NCBI GenBank assembly: GCA_965219415.1
Contig: CBDCNP010000002.1
Span: 1,888,001-1,952,000 of the forward strand
Source of the DNA: Candidatus Marinacidobacterales bacterium
GTDB lineage: Bacteria; Acidobacteriota; Vicinamibacteria; Marinacidobacterales; DATDRI01
Direction: 5' to 3'
Length of the DNA stretch: 64,000 bases
Shown here: positions 32,030 through 41,959 of the stretch, in pieces
How the letters are laid out: every line of letters starts with the position of its first letter
How positions within the stretch are numbered: position 1 is the first letter of the stretch
Program-made: the position numbers and the translations under genes
The notes under the pieces: generated by a model
The model's input: only the letters and a program-made list of their open reading frames with translations
Told to the model about the DNA's origin: nothing
Database searches by the model: none

Positions 32030-33808
32030 ATGTCCTATCAAGTGCTGGCCCTAAAATGGCGCCCCAAGGTTTTCGACGAGGTCGTAGGCCAAGACACCGT
32101 CACCCGCACGCTTCGAAACGCCATCGAGCAAGACCGCGCGGCGCACGCCTTCCTTTTCTCCGGTGTTCGCGGCGTGGGCAAGACGACGACCGCAAGAATT
32201 CTCGCCAAAGCACTGAACTGCGCCACCGGCCCCACAGTCAATCCCTGCGGCGAGTGTCCGGCTTGTTTGGAGATCGCCTCCAGCACAAGTCTCGACGTCT
32301 TGGAGATCGACGGCGCCTCCAACAATGGTGTCGAACAAGTGCGGGAGATCATCGAAGCCTCTCGGTATGCGCCGTCGCGTGACCGCTTCAAGATCTACAT
32401 CATCGATGAAGTCCACATGTTGACGACTCCCGCGTTCAACGCGTTGCTCAAGACACTCGAGGAACCGCCACCCCGGGTGAAGTTCATCTTCGCCACCACC
32501 GAGTATCACAAGATTCCGGACACTATTGTTTCTCGGTGTCAGCAATTCGAGTTCTGCACCGTGCCCCGCCCAATCATCTCCGACCAGCTGCGCAAAATTG
32601 CTCAGCATGAGGGGATAGAGATCGGAGACGCCGCAGTTTCTCAAATTGCTCGGGCGGCGGAAGGTAGTCTACGGGATGCTCTCTCCGCGCTCGATCAGGT
32701 GCTCGCTGCGGTGGGAACGAAGATCGAAGAGAAAGATGTAGCCGAGCTGCTGGGACTCATCGATCACCAGGTGCTGGCCGAGGCGGCTCGTGCCATCATG
32801 GACCGCCGGACCGGTGCCATCCTTTCCATTGTCGACGAACTGGTCCGCGGGGGGCGAGACCTCAGGAGTTTCGCGCGCGGGCTCATTCAATATTTCCGTG
32901 ACCTCTTGGTCGTTCGTGCCGCCCCTGACTCGCCCGAGCTCGTCGAGCTGGCCGGGGATCGGCAGGAACTCGACGAGCTGTCGAGTCGACTCTCCGAAGA
33001 TGATTTGATCCGTAGCATCGATCTGCTTACGCAAGTGGAAGGTGCACTCCGCTGGGCTCCCGAGCCGCGCTTTCACCTGGAAGTCGCACTCCTGAAGTTG
33101 GCGCAACTTCGGGAGCTCGTTTCTTTCGAGGACTTACTGGCCCGTTTCGAAGCCCTCGAGTCGGGAAGCGGCCCTTCTCCGGGAACGGGTGGCACTCCGA
33201 AGCGTGCGGCTCCCAGGCTCGCGCCGAGAAAACCTACCGCGCCGGCCAGTCGACCCAAGGCTCAATCGAAGTCTGTTGCTTCACTCGCAACCGGTCCCAA
33301 GACGGCAACGTCGGCGGCTCCAAAGAAAGACGGACCATCGACCCCTGCGCCCGAAACGCCCCACACCGATGAACCGCACCAGCTGGTCGACCGCATTATG
33401 GAGCGCATCCGTTCCGTCAACCCCAAGCTCTCTGCCCTCCTCTCCCATCACAATGGCGTGAGCCTAGACGACGATTGCCTCCACATAGGCTTCGAAGTGG
33501 ACCAGAAGTTTTTCCAGGAACAGCTCCAGGACGAGGACATGCGACGAGTGCTCGAGGAGACGGCGTCCGAATGCGCAGGCCGTCCGCTGCGTGTCGAGGT
33601 TGCTCTATCCGATCGGAAGAAGGAGTCCCCACCGGAGTCACCCCCACCGTCTCAGGAGGCCCTTCGAGAGAAAGTCCTCAAGGAGCCGCTGGTCCGCTCT
33701 TTCTTGGAGACGTTCCGGGGCGAGGTCGAGGAGATCAAACCGCTCGGCGGAGCGGCTTCCGACCTAAAAGGAAAAGACCGTCCGTCCAATCGCACCAACA
33801 AGAGGTAA
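32030..33808 (+). CDS. dnaX: DNA polymerase III subunit gamma/tau
   Basis: 'MSYQVLALKWRP', GVRGVGKTT, 'EIDGASN', 'IDEVHML', 'NALLKTLEEPP', 'SRCQ'. Confidence 0.97.
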   Translation: MSYQVLALKWRPKVFDEVVGQDTVTRTLRNAIEQDRAAHAFLFSGVRGVGKTTTARILAKALNCATGPTVNPCGECPACLEIASSTSLDVLEIDGASNNGVEQVREIIEASRYAPSRDRFKIYIIDEVHMLTTPAFNALLKTLEEPPPRVKFIFATTEYHKIPDTIVSRCQQFEFCTVPRPIISDQLRKIAQHEGIEIGDAAVSQIARAAEGSLRDALSALDQVLAAVGTKIEEKDVAELLGLIDHQVLAEAARAIMDRRTGAILSIVDELVRGGRDLRSFARGLIQYFRDLLVVRAAPDSPELVELAGDRQELDELSSRLSEDDLIRSIDLLTQVEGALRWAPEPRFHLEVALLKLAQLRELVSFEDLLARFEALESGSGPSPGTGGTPKRAAPRLAPRKPTAPASRPKAQSKSVASLATGPKTATSAAPKKDGPSTPAPETPHTDEPHQLVDRIMERIRSVNPKLSALLSHHNGVSLDDDCLHIGFEVDQKFFQEQLQDEDMRRVLEETASECAGRPLRVEVALSDRKKESPPESPPPSQEALREKVLKEPLVRSFLETFRGEVEEIKPLGGAASDLKGKDRPSNRTNKR

Positions 33809-33813
33809 GACCG

Positions 33814-34119
33814 ATGTTCAAGAACATGGATCAAATACTCAAACAAGCCCAAGCGATGCAAGAGAAGTTCAAGGAGCAGCTCGGCGAAATGACAGTAGAA
33901 GGAAGCTCGGGCGGCGGCATGGTCACGGTTCAGATGGACGGCAACAAAGTCATCACCGGCCTCACCATCGACCCGGAAGTAATCAACAAAGACGACGTGG
34001 GGATGTTGCAGGACCTTATTACTGCCGCCGTCAACGAGACCGCGCGCAAGGTCGACGAAGAGAGCCAGCGCCAGCTCGGCAACATGGCAGGCGGACTCAA
34101 GATCCCCGGCCTCTTCTAG
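33814..34119 (+). CDS. ybaB: YbaB/EbfC nucleoid-associated protein
   Basis: 'KQAQAMQ...[10 protein letters not shown]...[20 protein letters not shown]'. Located between dnaX and recR. Confidence 0.96.
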   Translation: MFKNMDQILKQAQAMQEKFKEQLGEMTVEGSSGGGMVTVQMDGNKVITGLTIDPEVINKDDVGMLQDLITAAVNETARKVDEESQRQLGNMAGGLKIPGLF

Positions 34120-34132
34120 ACACGGAGCAAAA

Positions 34133-34732
34133 GTGAAAGACTATCCAGAACCCGTGTCAAGACTGATCGCGGAGCTAAGGCGCCTTCCGGGCGTGGGGCT
34201 GAAGTCCGCGCAGCGAATCGCTTTCCACCTTCTCCGTAGTAACAAAGAAGAATCACAAGTTCTCTCCCAGGCAATCCGCGACCTCAAGGACAAGATCGGC
34301 ACTTGCCAGATCTGCAACAACGTCACCGATGTTGACCCCTGTAACTTCTGCACCAGGGCCGATCGTAACTCGAAACTCCTCTGCGTGGTCGAGGAGCCTC
34401 CCAACGTCGTGGCCATCGAAAAGACCCATGAGTTTAAGGGGCGCTACCACGTACTGATGGGAGCCCTCTCGCCCCTCCAAGGCGTGGGTCCGGAACAGCT
34501 AAAGATCTCAGGGCTCCTCGAGCGGCTTCGGCCCGGAGAGGTCGAGGAGGTGATCCTCGCTACCAATCCCAACGTCGAGGGCGAGGCCACCGCCATCTAT
34601 CTCTCGAAACTCATCAAGCCGCTCGGGATCCGGGTCACCCGAATCGCCATGGGAATCCCGGTGGGCAGTGAGTTAGACTACGCGGACGAGGTAACGATTC
34701 TAAAGGCCCTGGAGGGCCGTCGCGACTACTGA
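34133..34732 (+). CDS. recR: Recombination protein RecR
   Basis: '[11 protein letters not shown]', C4 zinc finger, '[16 protein letters not shown]', '[12 protein letters not shown]'. Confidence 0.97.
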   Translation: MKDYPEPVSRLIAELRRLPGVGLKSAQRIAFHLLRSNKEESQVLSQAIRDLKDKIGTCQICNNVTDVDPCNFCTRADRNSKLLCVVEEPPNVVAIEKTHEFKGRYHVLMGALSPLQGVGPEQLKISGLLERLRPGEVEEVILATNPNVEGEATAIYLSKLIKPLGIRVTRIAMGIPVGSELDYADEVTILKALEGRRDY

Positions 34733-34870
34733 GGGGGAGTTTGGCCTTTTTTTTCTATGGGTTAGCGGAACAACGCTTGCACTCTGCGGGACTTTACTGT
34801 CTAAATATTAGACGCTCGCAATTGCATCCCCATTTAAGAGTGCCTAGGCTGGACGGAGGGTAACAAAGTC

Positions 34871-35371
34871 ACGGCGACCGCTGACGTGGTCATGTATGAC
34901 GAGGAGTTCAACCAGATAAAGGTCATCATCAGTAAGCTCCGAGTCGACGCCAACGCAAAACTCGTTTTCCTGGTTGACAAGAACGGGCAACAGATCGCCG
35001 CCCATGGCGACGTCGAGAACCTGGACACTACCTCTCTAGCTTCTCTAACCGCAGGTAACGTCGCGGCCACCGATGCCCTCGCCAAGCTCATTGGTGAGAG
35101 GGAGTTCTCGATCCTCTTCCACGAGGGTGAGCGGGACAATATTCACATCTCGATCGTGGGGCTTCGGGTCATTCTGGTAGTCATATTCGATGAACGTTCA
35201 TCCCTCGGATTGGTCAGACTTCGCGTAAAGAAGGCTTCCAAGGAGTTAAACGACATCTTCGACCGGATCATGAAGAAAGTCGAAACAGAGAAGAGTACCT
35301 ACGGCGCCGGCGTGGACTCGCCCTTTGCGGAAATCACGGACGAGGATATCGATAGCCTCTTTAGCGAATAA
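34871..35371 (+). CDS. mglB: Roadblock/LC7 GTPase-activating protein MglB (start codon uncertain, 34871-34892)
   Basis: 'VMYDEEF', 'FLVDKNGQ', 'TSLASLTAGNVAAT', 'SSLGLVRLRVKK', 'FAEITDEDIDSLF'. Confidence 0.92.
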   Translation, partial: TATADVVMYDEEFNQIKVIISKLRVDANAKLVFLVDKNGQQIAAHGDVENLDTTSLASLTAGNVAATDALAKLIGEREFSILFHEGERDNIHISIVGLRVILVVIFDERSSLGLVRLRVKKASKELNDIFDRIMKKVETEKSTYGAGVDSPFAEITDEDIDSLFSE

Positions 35372-35392
35372 TCTGAAGCTGGGAACGAACGG

Positions 35393-35989
35393 ATGACCTT
35401 CATCAACTACGCCTCACGGGAGATCAACTGCAAGATCGTCTACTACGGGCCGGGGCTATGCGGGAAGACCACCAACTTGCAGTTCATCTACGATAAGACG
35501 AACCCCAGTGCCAAGGGTAAGCTCATCTCTCTCGCCACCGAGACGGACCGGACTTTGTTTTTCGATTTTCTACCACTCGAGCTCGGAAACGTCCGCGGCT
35601 TCAAGACGCGCTTTCATTTGTACACGGTTCCGGGACAGGTATTCTACGACGCCTCGCGGAAGCTCATCCTCAAGGGCGTGGACGGTGTCATATTCGTCGC
35701 CGACTCCCAGCGCGAGCGCATGGATGCTAATATCGAAAGCCTTCAGAATCTCGACGCGAATCTCAAATCGCAAGGTTACGATCTTCAGAGCATTCCCTAC
35801 GTCCTCCAGCTCAACAAACGGGATCTGCCGAGCGCGGTTCCAGTCGAAGAGATGAAGAAAGCGCTCTCCGTCAGGACAGAGCCGGTCTTGGAGGCCATCG
35901 CCAAATCCGGGAACGGGGTGGGTGTCTTCGATACGTTGAAAGCGGTGGCCAAGCTGGTGCTACAGGACCTGACGAAATCAGGGACCTAA
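35393..35989 (+). CDS. mglA: Small Ras-like GTPase MglA
   Basis: '[27 protein letters not shown]', 'DRTLFFDF', 'YTVPGQ', 'NKRD'. Confidence 0.96.
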   Translation: MTFINYASREINCKIVYYGPGLCGKTTNLQFIYDKTNPSAKGKLISLATETDRTLFFDFLPLELGNVRGFKTRFHLYTVPGQVFYDASRKLILKGVDGVIFVADSQRERMDANIESLQNLDANLKSQGYDLQSIPYVLQLNKRDLPSAVPVEEMKKALSVRTEPVLEAIAKSGNGVGVFDTLKAVAKLVLQDLTKSGT

Positions 35990-36043
35990 CCGCCCGGACG
36001 AGCTATTCTGGCTCGTGCTATACTTCCTCGCTTTCAACCCTGT

Positions 36044-36118
36044 TCCCCGGTAGCTCAATGGTGGAGCGGCGGACTGTTAATCCGATGGCTGTAGGTTCGA
36101 GTCCTACCCGGGGAGCCA
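36044..36118 (+). tRNA. tRNA-Asn (anticodon GTT)
   Basis: TCCCCGGTAGCTCAATGG...GGACT-GTT-AATCC...GGTTCGAGTCC...GCCA. TGnTATACT extended -10 upstream. Confidence 0.96.
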
Positions 36119-36665
36119 ATTCCGAGGGACCTCGCAAACCCTGGAAACCTGCTAAGCCCTAGCCTCCCAAATTTTAGGGCGACCCAATGAAGAAAGCCTC
36201 GCTCTAGTAGGCATGATGATCGCCCCGAGTCGAATCAACGTAGAGAAAGAGCCCGCTCTGAACGCAAAGCGCGTGGAGTACATCAAGAGATTGATCCGAG
36301 GAGACTACCGAGCCGAATGGATTGATGGACCTATACTACGACAAGGACGCTTTGGATGCGCCTATTCCAGTGGACTCGTCACCGGGCGGGCAGACGATGC
36401 GGTGGGGAAGCGCTGAGTCTCAGCTGGGAAGAGGAATTCCCCAGCCAATCAAACCGACAATGAAATAGGTCAGGCACCCACCGACCACGAACAGGAGCAC
36501 CAGCCACCACCACCAAGGGACGTGGATCAATTCCCTCTTCTGAGCCATTCTTCACCCTCCGCGAGCCAGATGTAAGTCTCTCGGCCAACAGTAGTTGGGG
36601 TTCTTATTAGAAAGAAAACGGGTTGATCTAATTGTACCGCCTGGCCGTTGCTTTGGGAAGTTTGA

Positions 36666-37430
36666 CTAGAACTCGAGGAGGGTCGGCAGCTGGGCGATGG
36701 ACTCGAGGGTCCAGTCGGGCTGGCAGTCGATGGAGCCCGGATCGTCCAAGGCGTACTTGCCCGTCTTCACGAGAATCGTCTTCAGGCCCGCCGCGTGCCC
36801 ACCCAAGATATCGGTGTGGACATCGTCGCCAACCATGGCAACCGCGGGCAAACTTAGATCCTCTAGGGCCATTTCGAAGTAGGCGCGGTTAGGCTTTCCA
36901 ATTACTGTGGCTTCTTGGCCCGCGGCGTACTCTAGCGCCGTCACGAAGGCGCCAACGTCCATCGCCACGCCATCGAGTCTTTGCCAGAATCGGTTCTTCT
37001 GAAGGGCTATCAATCGCGCTCCACTTCGGATCAGTCGGAACGCGTGATTCAGGATGTCGTAATTGAAGTCGCGGCCGAGGTCCCCCACGACCACCGCCTC
37101 TGGGCTGTCGTCGGTGTTCTGGAAATCGGAAAAATCTTCTTGCGCGGCGGTGGGTAGCAGCAGGTGAACTCTATGGATGCCCTGTGCCCTCAACCAACGG
37201 GCTGCAACGACGCAGGTGCTGAAAACTTCCGCAGGCTCGACACGTATGCCAAAACCGCGTAGCTTCTGCGCCAACGAGAGCTGAGAAACCATGGTCGTGT
37301 TGGTGAGAAAACGGAGAGGATACTCCCGTTCTCGAAGCCATTCCATGGCCTCCACCGCTCCGGGAATAACCATGTCCTCTATATAGAGAACGCCGTCGAG
37401 GTCGACCAGGAAACCCTGGGGTAACTTCAC
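36666..37430 (-). CDS. HAD-IIA hydrolase (LHPP/TIGR01458-like)
   Basis: 'DLDGVLY', 'FLTNTT', 'IGKP', 'MVGDDVHTDI', 'VKTGKY'. Confidence 0.92.
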   Translation of the reverse strand: MKLPQGFLVDLDGVLYIEDMVIPGAVEAMEWLREREYPLRFLTNTTMVSQLSLAQKLRGFGIRVEPAEVFSTCVVAARWLRAQGIHRVHLLLPTAAQEDFSDFQNTDDSPEAVVVGDLGRDFNYDILNHAFRLIRSGARLIALQKNRFWQRLDGVAMDVGAFVTALEYAAGQEATVIGKPNRAYFEMALEDLSLPAVAMVGDDVHTDILGGHAAGLKTILVKTGKYALDDPGSIDCQPDWTLESIAQLPTLLEF

Positions 37431-37528
37431 AAGAATGGGCTGGGGATTTCGACCGACTTGCTTAGTCGGTACCGCGCTGGAAGTCCCGCCGCAGTTTAGA
37501 CCCCAGCTTGCCGAGGTCCTGCCGCAAG

Positions 37529-37942
37529 TTACTCACCAGGTCTTCGAACTCGGGGGGTCACGGCAAGTACTGCTCCTGGCACGAAGTCCGAGGAGTCCAG
37601 GAGATCCTGGAGCCTCGTCGCTTCTCCACCGCTGAGATGCGTGAATTGGACACCTTGAAGGACGGCGCTCGGAACACCCTGCGGGGAGTCGAGCTCGGGG
37701 CCGCTCCAAACGATGCGAGCCGGGGTCTTGAGCAGGTCCCCATGGCGGTAAAAGCTCATGCGTAGCATGACGATCCGGCCTTGCCCCACCGTGGTATCGG
37801 TCATCACGCACGCACCCGTCTCCGAGATGTTGGTGACGACACCGTACGCCAGATCGGTCTCCCCAACGTGTACGGCAACGGTAACCGGCTTGCGTGGCGT
37901 CAGGCGGCGGCTGGCACGATTCTGAATGAGGTTGCCTTCCAT
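37529..37942 (-). CDS. PilZ-domain protein
   Basis: RxxxR ('RLTPR') and (D/N)xSxxG ('NISETG'), plus 'ARIVWS' and 'GVQF'. Confidence 0.85.
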   Translation of the reverse strand: MEGNLIQNRASRRLTPRKPVTVAVHVGETDLAYGVVTNISETGACVMTDTTVGQGRIVMLRMSFYRHGDLLKTPARIVWSGPELDSPQGVPSAVLQGVQFTHLSGGEATRLQDLLDSSDFVPGAVLAVTPRVRRPGE

Positions 37943-38074
37943 CGTACTCCACTCCTCTCCCAACGGAGGGGGTGGCCTTTAGTGGTCGGGATTCTAGCCC
38001 AATTTTTATCGCTAATCGCAGTTGTTGTCAAGAGTTGCGGGGATGCGCGGAGGCGGGGAAATCGTGAGGTCGGT

Positions 38075-39091
38075 TTACGTCGCTCGGGCCGCAGCGAGGG
38101 CCCTAAGGAGGAGGAGATCGCCCTCGGATCGGGGGTTACAAATGAACCCTTCGCGAGTGTGGGCGGTCATGAATCCTCTCTGTTCCAGGATGAGCGCTTG
38201 GTGAGCCACGTACTCCTCGATGTTGGTACGGGGGAAAAACTGCGGCTCGTCGTCGACGATGGGGCCCTTGAATCGTGGCCAGCCGAAACTGAGCTCCGGG
38301 AAGTCCCGTCGCGGATAGTGGATGTTTCCCCACGAGCACTGTGGATAGATGTACCGATCGTACGTGGGCTCGGGCTCCTGAGCGGATGAACACGAGATGA
38401 TGACCTGCGGCCACCTCTCTCGTACTTCCTTCACGACGCGATTCACCCGGTCGGGCTCCCAACCCTTCCCCTGGATGTCGACTTCGTTGCCCAGCCTGAA
38501 AACGATGTTCGGTAGATCGTTGAGTCGCTCCATCACTTCGAGGACGTAGTTCTCGGTCGCTTCAAACCTCCGAAATAGTGGACCGCCATTCTGTTCGAAC
38601 TGTGTCACTAGGATGACGTACTCCATGACCGCACGCCGTGGCACGAAGGCTTGGCGGACGGTCTCCCTCACTGTCCGAACGTGCTCTCGAGAAGGATGTC
38701 GTCCAGTATCATCCACGGCGCGGTGCTTCGGCACGCGATCCAAAAGCGGATCGCTCGGCCAAAACGACGTATCGGAGAAAACCCGGAACACGACGATTCC
38801 TTCGGCGATCCCGCGCTCGACCCAGGCGATTCGGTCTTCCGAGGAGCGACCCAACAAACCGAAGCTCGTATAACCGATGTAGTCGAAGTTGAATGTCTTA
38901 CCAATGACCGCGGGCCGAAAGCCCTGGTTCTTCTGGGCGTACTCTTCACTCCGAAGAAGCGACTCCCTCATGTCGGCTTCGCTCATCCCAGCGTTCATTT
39001 CGATGTTGTAGAAATTACGCCCATCGGGATCGACTGCCCGTTGCAAAATGTCGCGGTAGCCGTCCCGGATGATGGAAGTGAAGTCGGGCAT
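38075..39091 (-). CDS. MPDF/DUF4214-like module fused to a clan GH-A-like TIM barrel
   Basis: Shared N-terminal module, then 'VFRVF', 'LGNE', 'IHYPR', 'PIVDDEP'. Confidence 0.75.
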   Translation of the reverse strand: MPDFTSIIRDGYRDILQRAVDPDGRNFYNIEMNAGMSEADMRESLLRSEEYAQKNQGFRPAVIGKTFNFDYIGYTSFGLLGRSSEDRIAWVERGIAEGIVVFRVFSDTSFWPSDPLLDRVPKHRAVDDTGRHPSREHVRTVRETVRQAFVPRRAVMEYVILVTQFEQNGGPLFRRFEATENYVLEVMERLNDLPNIVFRLGNEVDIQGKGWEPDRVNRVVKEVRERWPQVIISCSSAQEPEPTYDRYIYPQCSWGNIHYPRRDFPELSFGWPRFKGPIVDDEPQFFPRTNIEEYVAHQALILEQRGFMTAHTREGFICNPRSEGDLLLLRALAAARAT

Positions 39092-39094
39092 TCC

Positions 39095-40171
39095 TTAGAC
39101 CTGAATTGCAGCGGCCACGGGTTTCAGGACCGATTGCAGGAATTGGTAGACCGGTTTGGGTGAAAGGTCTTCGTTGACGATCCCGAACTTAGTGTTGCCC
39201 TGGTTCGGTCCGTCCCAATAGTGGAAGAAGAAAATCCGCTGTACCCAATCACTATTCCGCAGCGACGCGATGACCTCCTGGTAATACTCCACTTGATCTC
39301 CCTCTTTCGTCTCTCGCCCGGTCTCGGTGATCCAGAACGGCTTGTCCGATACTCCTAGATCCTCCATCAGGGTTCTCAAAGAAGGTCGGAAGGCCCGATC
39401 CTCTTCGAGCTCGCGAATCACGTCTCGCCCGCGGCTCGGATAGTTGTGATGGTTGATGATGTCGATGAGGTTCTTGGCCTTCATCGCCTCTTCGAACCAA
39501 TCCCTCCAATCTCCTAAGTTGGCGAGGCCGGGCGAAACGACCTGGCTAGCCGGATGGAGCTCCTTCGCCAATCGAGCCGCCGGCTGCAAGATCTGAGTCC
39601 GATACTGGCTCCTGGAGCCACGCCAAAACTGGTCGAGGTTGGGCTCGTTCCAGAATTGCCAGAATCGAACCTTGTCTCGATATCGGGTAACCGCCTCCCT
39701 GACGATGGTGGTCCAATAGCTCGTCTGGGCCGGAGGATCGCTGATCTGTGGGTTCTGCGGGTTGGACGAAGCCCAGGGTGGCGTGAAGGAGAGAGTGGCC
39801 AAGGGCTCGACGTTCAGTCTGAACGCTTGGTCGACAACGCGATCCGTATCCTCCCACCTGAAGACCCCTTGTTGCGGCTCCATGCGAAACCAATCGAAGT
39901 CGATTCGAATCCACTGCATTCCAAGGTTCCTTCCGATGTCGCGCAGCATGGTATTCGTAGGAATGTGGGCGTTGAGCCCGAGCCGCGTGGGCATGCCTGG
40001 ATCGGGATTGTTGGTCGCGTACTCCGGGCTTCGGAGTAGTGACTCGCGCATCTCGGCCTCCGACATCAACTGATTCATCAGGCCGTTGTAACTGGCGAGT
40101 CCAGTCGGATCAGGGTTTCGTTCTAGGATCTCCTGATAGGCTTCGGTAATGATGGGCGAAAAATCGGGCAT
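39095..40171 (-). CDS. MPDF/DUF4214-like module fused to a GH5/GH39-like glycoside hydrolase
   Basis: 'WIRIDFDW..EPQQG.F.W', 'TPPWA', 'WNEPN', 'NHHNY', 'PFWITETG', 'FGIV...PKP'. Confidence 0.85.
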   Translation of the reverse strand: MPDFSPIITEAYQEILERNPDPTGLASYNGLMNQLMSEAEMRESLLRSPEYATNNPDPGMPTRLGLNAHIPTNTMLRDIGRNLGMQWIRIDFDWFRMEPQQGVFRWEDTDRVVDQAFRLNVEPLATLSFTPPWASSNPQNPQISDPPAQTSYWTTIVREAVTRYRDKVRFWQFWNEPNLDQFWRGSRSQYRTQILQPAARLAKELHPASQVVSPGLANLGDWRDWFEEAMKAKNLIDIINHHNYPSRGRDVIRELEEDRAFRPSLRTLMEDLGVSDKPFWITETGRETKEGDQVEYYQEVIASLRNSDWVQRIFFFHYWDGPNQGNTKFGIVNEDLSPKPVYQFLQSVLKPVAAAIQV

Positions 40172-40202
40172 GAAGCTAGGCCTCCGGCTGGTGCGTAAGA
40201 AC

Positions 40203-40484
40203 TTATCTACTCTTACCGCGGGCCTTGGTTTTCTTCTTGCCGCGTGCCGACTTGGACTTCTTGCGCTTCGAAGATTGAGCCTTAACCGAAGCCTTCGCCG
40301 CTTGGGCAGCTTGATCAGGATTTTTGATCGCGTACTCCTCGCTTCTCAGAAGCGTCTCGCGCATCACCGCCTCGGTCATCCCTTGATTCATAAGCTGGTC
40401 GAAGTTTTCCTGGCCGCCTGGATCGGCCGGACGCGCGAGTATGCGCATGTACGCTAGATTGATGATTCGTCCAAAATCTGGCAT
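40203..40484 (-). CDS. Stand-alone MPDF/DUF4214-like module with a Lys/Ala/Ser-rich tail
   Basis: GAGGTG RBS. Module homologous to the N-termini of the two downstream genes. Tail 'SSKRKKSKSARGKKKTKARGKSR'. Confidence 0.85.
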   Translation of the reverse strand: MPDFGRIINLAYMRILARPADPGGQENFDQLMNQGMTEAVMRETLLRSEEYAIKNPDQAAQAAKASVKAQSSKRKKSKSARGKKKTKARGKSR

Positions 40485-40670
40485 CGCTCACCTCTTATGA
40501 GAGCACTCGGTACTAGCCTGAGAGTCTGCTCTCTGGCCTCCCCCGGGGACCCAACAATATTAGCTTACCGATCGCGCCACCGTGAGAACGATCACACTCG
40601 TTGACCAGGATTTTCACAAGGAATATATTGGGGCTTGACTAGGGGGAGCAACTTTTCAGGGTGATCGAAT

Positions 40671-41859
40671 ATGACTTATCGATGGATGTTGCTCCCTAAC
40701 ATACTGCCGCTTTGTTTCTTACTCGCCTGCCAGATTGGCGAAAACGCTGAGCCTGCCGATTTCGACGAGTTGCTCGCTAGCTTCCATCGGCTCTCGTCGC
40801 AAGAACGCCAGGAGCGGGTCGCCGACTACATCACGACCAACGGACCCACTCCGGTGATCGAAGGCAACGAAGCGATTTTCGTTGCCCAGGGCGACCCCTC
40901 GACACCTCCACGGATCCTCGGCGACTTCAACGCTTGGTGAAGAAACGACGACGGGCCTGTCGCCTCGGCAGGTAACATGACGCCGATCGAGGGAACCGAC
41001 TGGTATTACCTAAGGATGGAATTCCGTCCGGACGCGCGCATCGAGTATTCGGTCGTCCGGGGTGAGGCCGAAGAGCTGGATCCACACAACCCCTCGACGA
41101 CCGCGGGCGGCGAGCACCAGCTATCGGAGTTGGCGATGCCAGTCTACGACCCCCACCGGAGTTTTCCGAGGATACTTCGGTCCCCAAGGGCCCAGTGAAG
41201 GAGAGTATTTTCAAAAGCCGGATCTTGAGCAACGAGCGCAAGATCCTCATCTACTTGCCGAGCGGTTATGAAAAAAGTGATCGCCGCTACCCAAGCATCT
41301 ATATTGGGGATGGAGCCATCTATGCGGAACGCGGTTTTCCCGAGCTCATCGACTACGCCATCGCAGAGGGTCTCTGCCGACCACTCATTGCGGTTTTCGT
41401 AGATCCCGTCGTCCGCCGCGAAGAGTACCGGATGCACGAGGGCTATCGCCGGTTCATGACTGAAGAGCTGGTGCCCTTCATCGACGAAAGTTACCGGACC
41501 TTGACCGAGCCGAGCGAAAGGGCAACGTTGGGGGCCTTCGCGCGGAGGACTGGCGGCCGCGGACTTGGCCTATTCTCATCCGGAGATGTTCGGCTTTGCC
41601 GCGGCTTTGAACTCCCGCGACCAGGCCCACGAATTTCAACGAAGTCATTGCTTCGAATCCCGCCCGGCCGGTCCGGTTCTTCCTGATGGTCGGTCTCTAC
41701 GACACCCGCTGGGCCAACGACGGCTTCGAGCTTCGCGACGCTTTGGTCGAGGGAGGCTACGATTTCGCTTACGTGGAGGTCCCCGAGGGACACAACCTCA
41801 AGGCGCGGGGAGCCCAGTTGGACGAGATTTTCGCCGATTTTTTTCCGCCTGAACGTTGA
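40671..41859 (+). pseudogene. Enterochelin-esterase-like lipoprotein with an in-frame stop and frameshifts
   Basis: Lipobox LLAC, 'GDFNAW', 'LDPHNP', 'IYLPSGY', 'EELVPFIDESY', 'EVPEGHN'. Confidence 0.75.
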
Positions 41860-41959
41860 GCGTTCCCTTTTGAGGAAGCGAAAGACTGAGGGATCGCCGT
41901 GATATACTCGGCTCTTTCGAACCTGACGCTCATGTGGTCGGAGAAAGGAGGCGACCCGA

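Noticed and set aside
33170-33380. Programmed frameshift or insertion in dnaX
   Set aside because: The ORF is continuous, the Pro/Ala/Lys-rich linker is normal for tau, and no A6G slippery site is seen.
40938-40940. In-frame TGA in the esterase gene (FNAW*RNDDG) as a second selenocysteine
   Set aside because: Not a Cys-type position, no clear SECIS-like hairpin, and the gene has several more frameshifts. A nonsense mutation is simpler.
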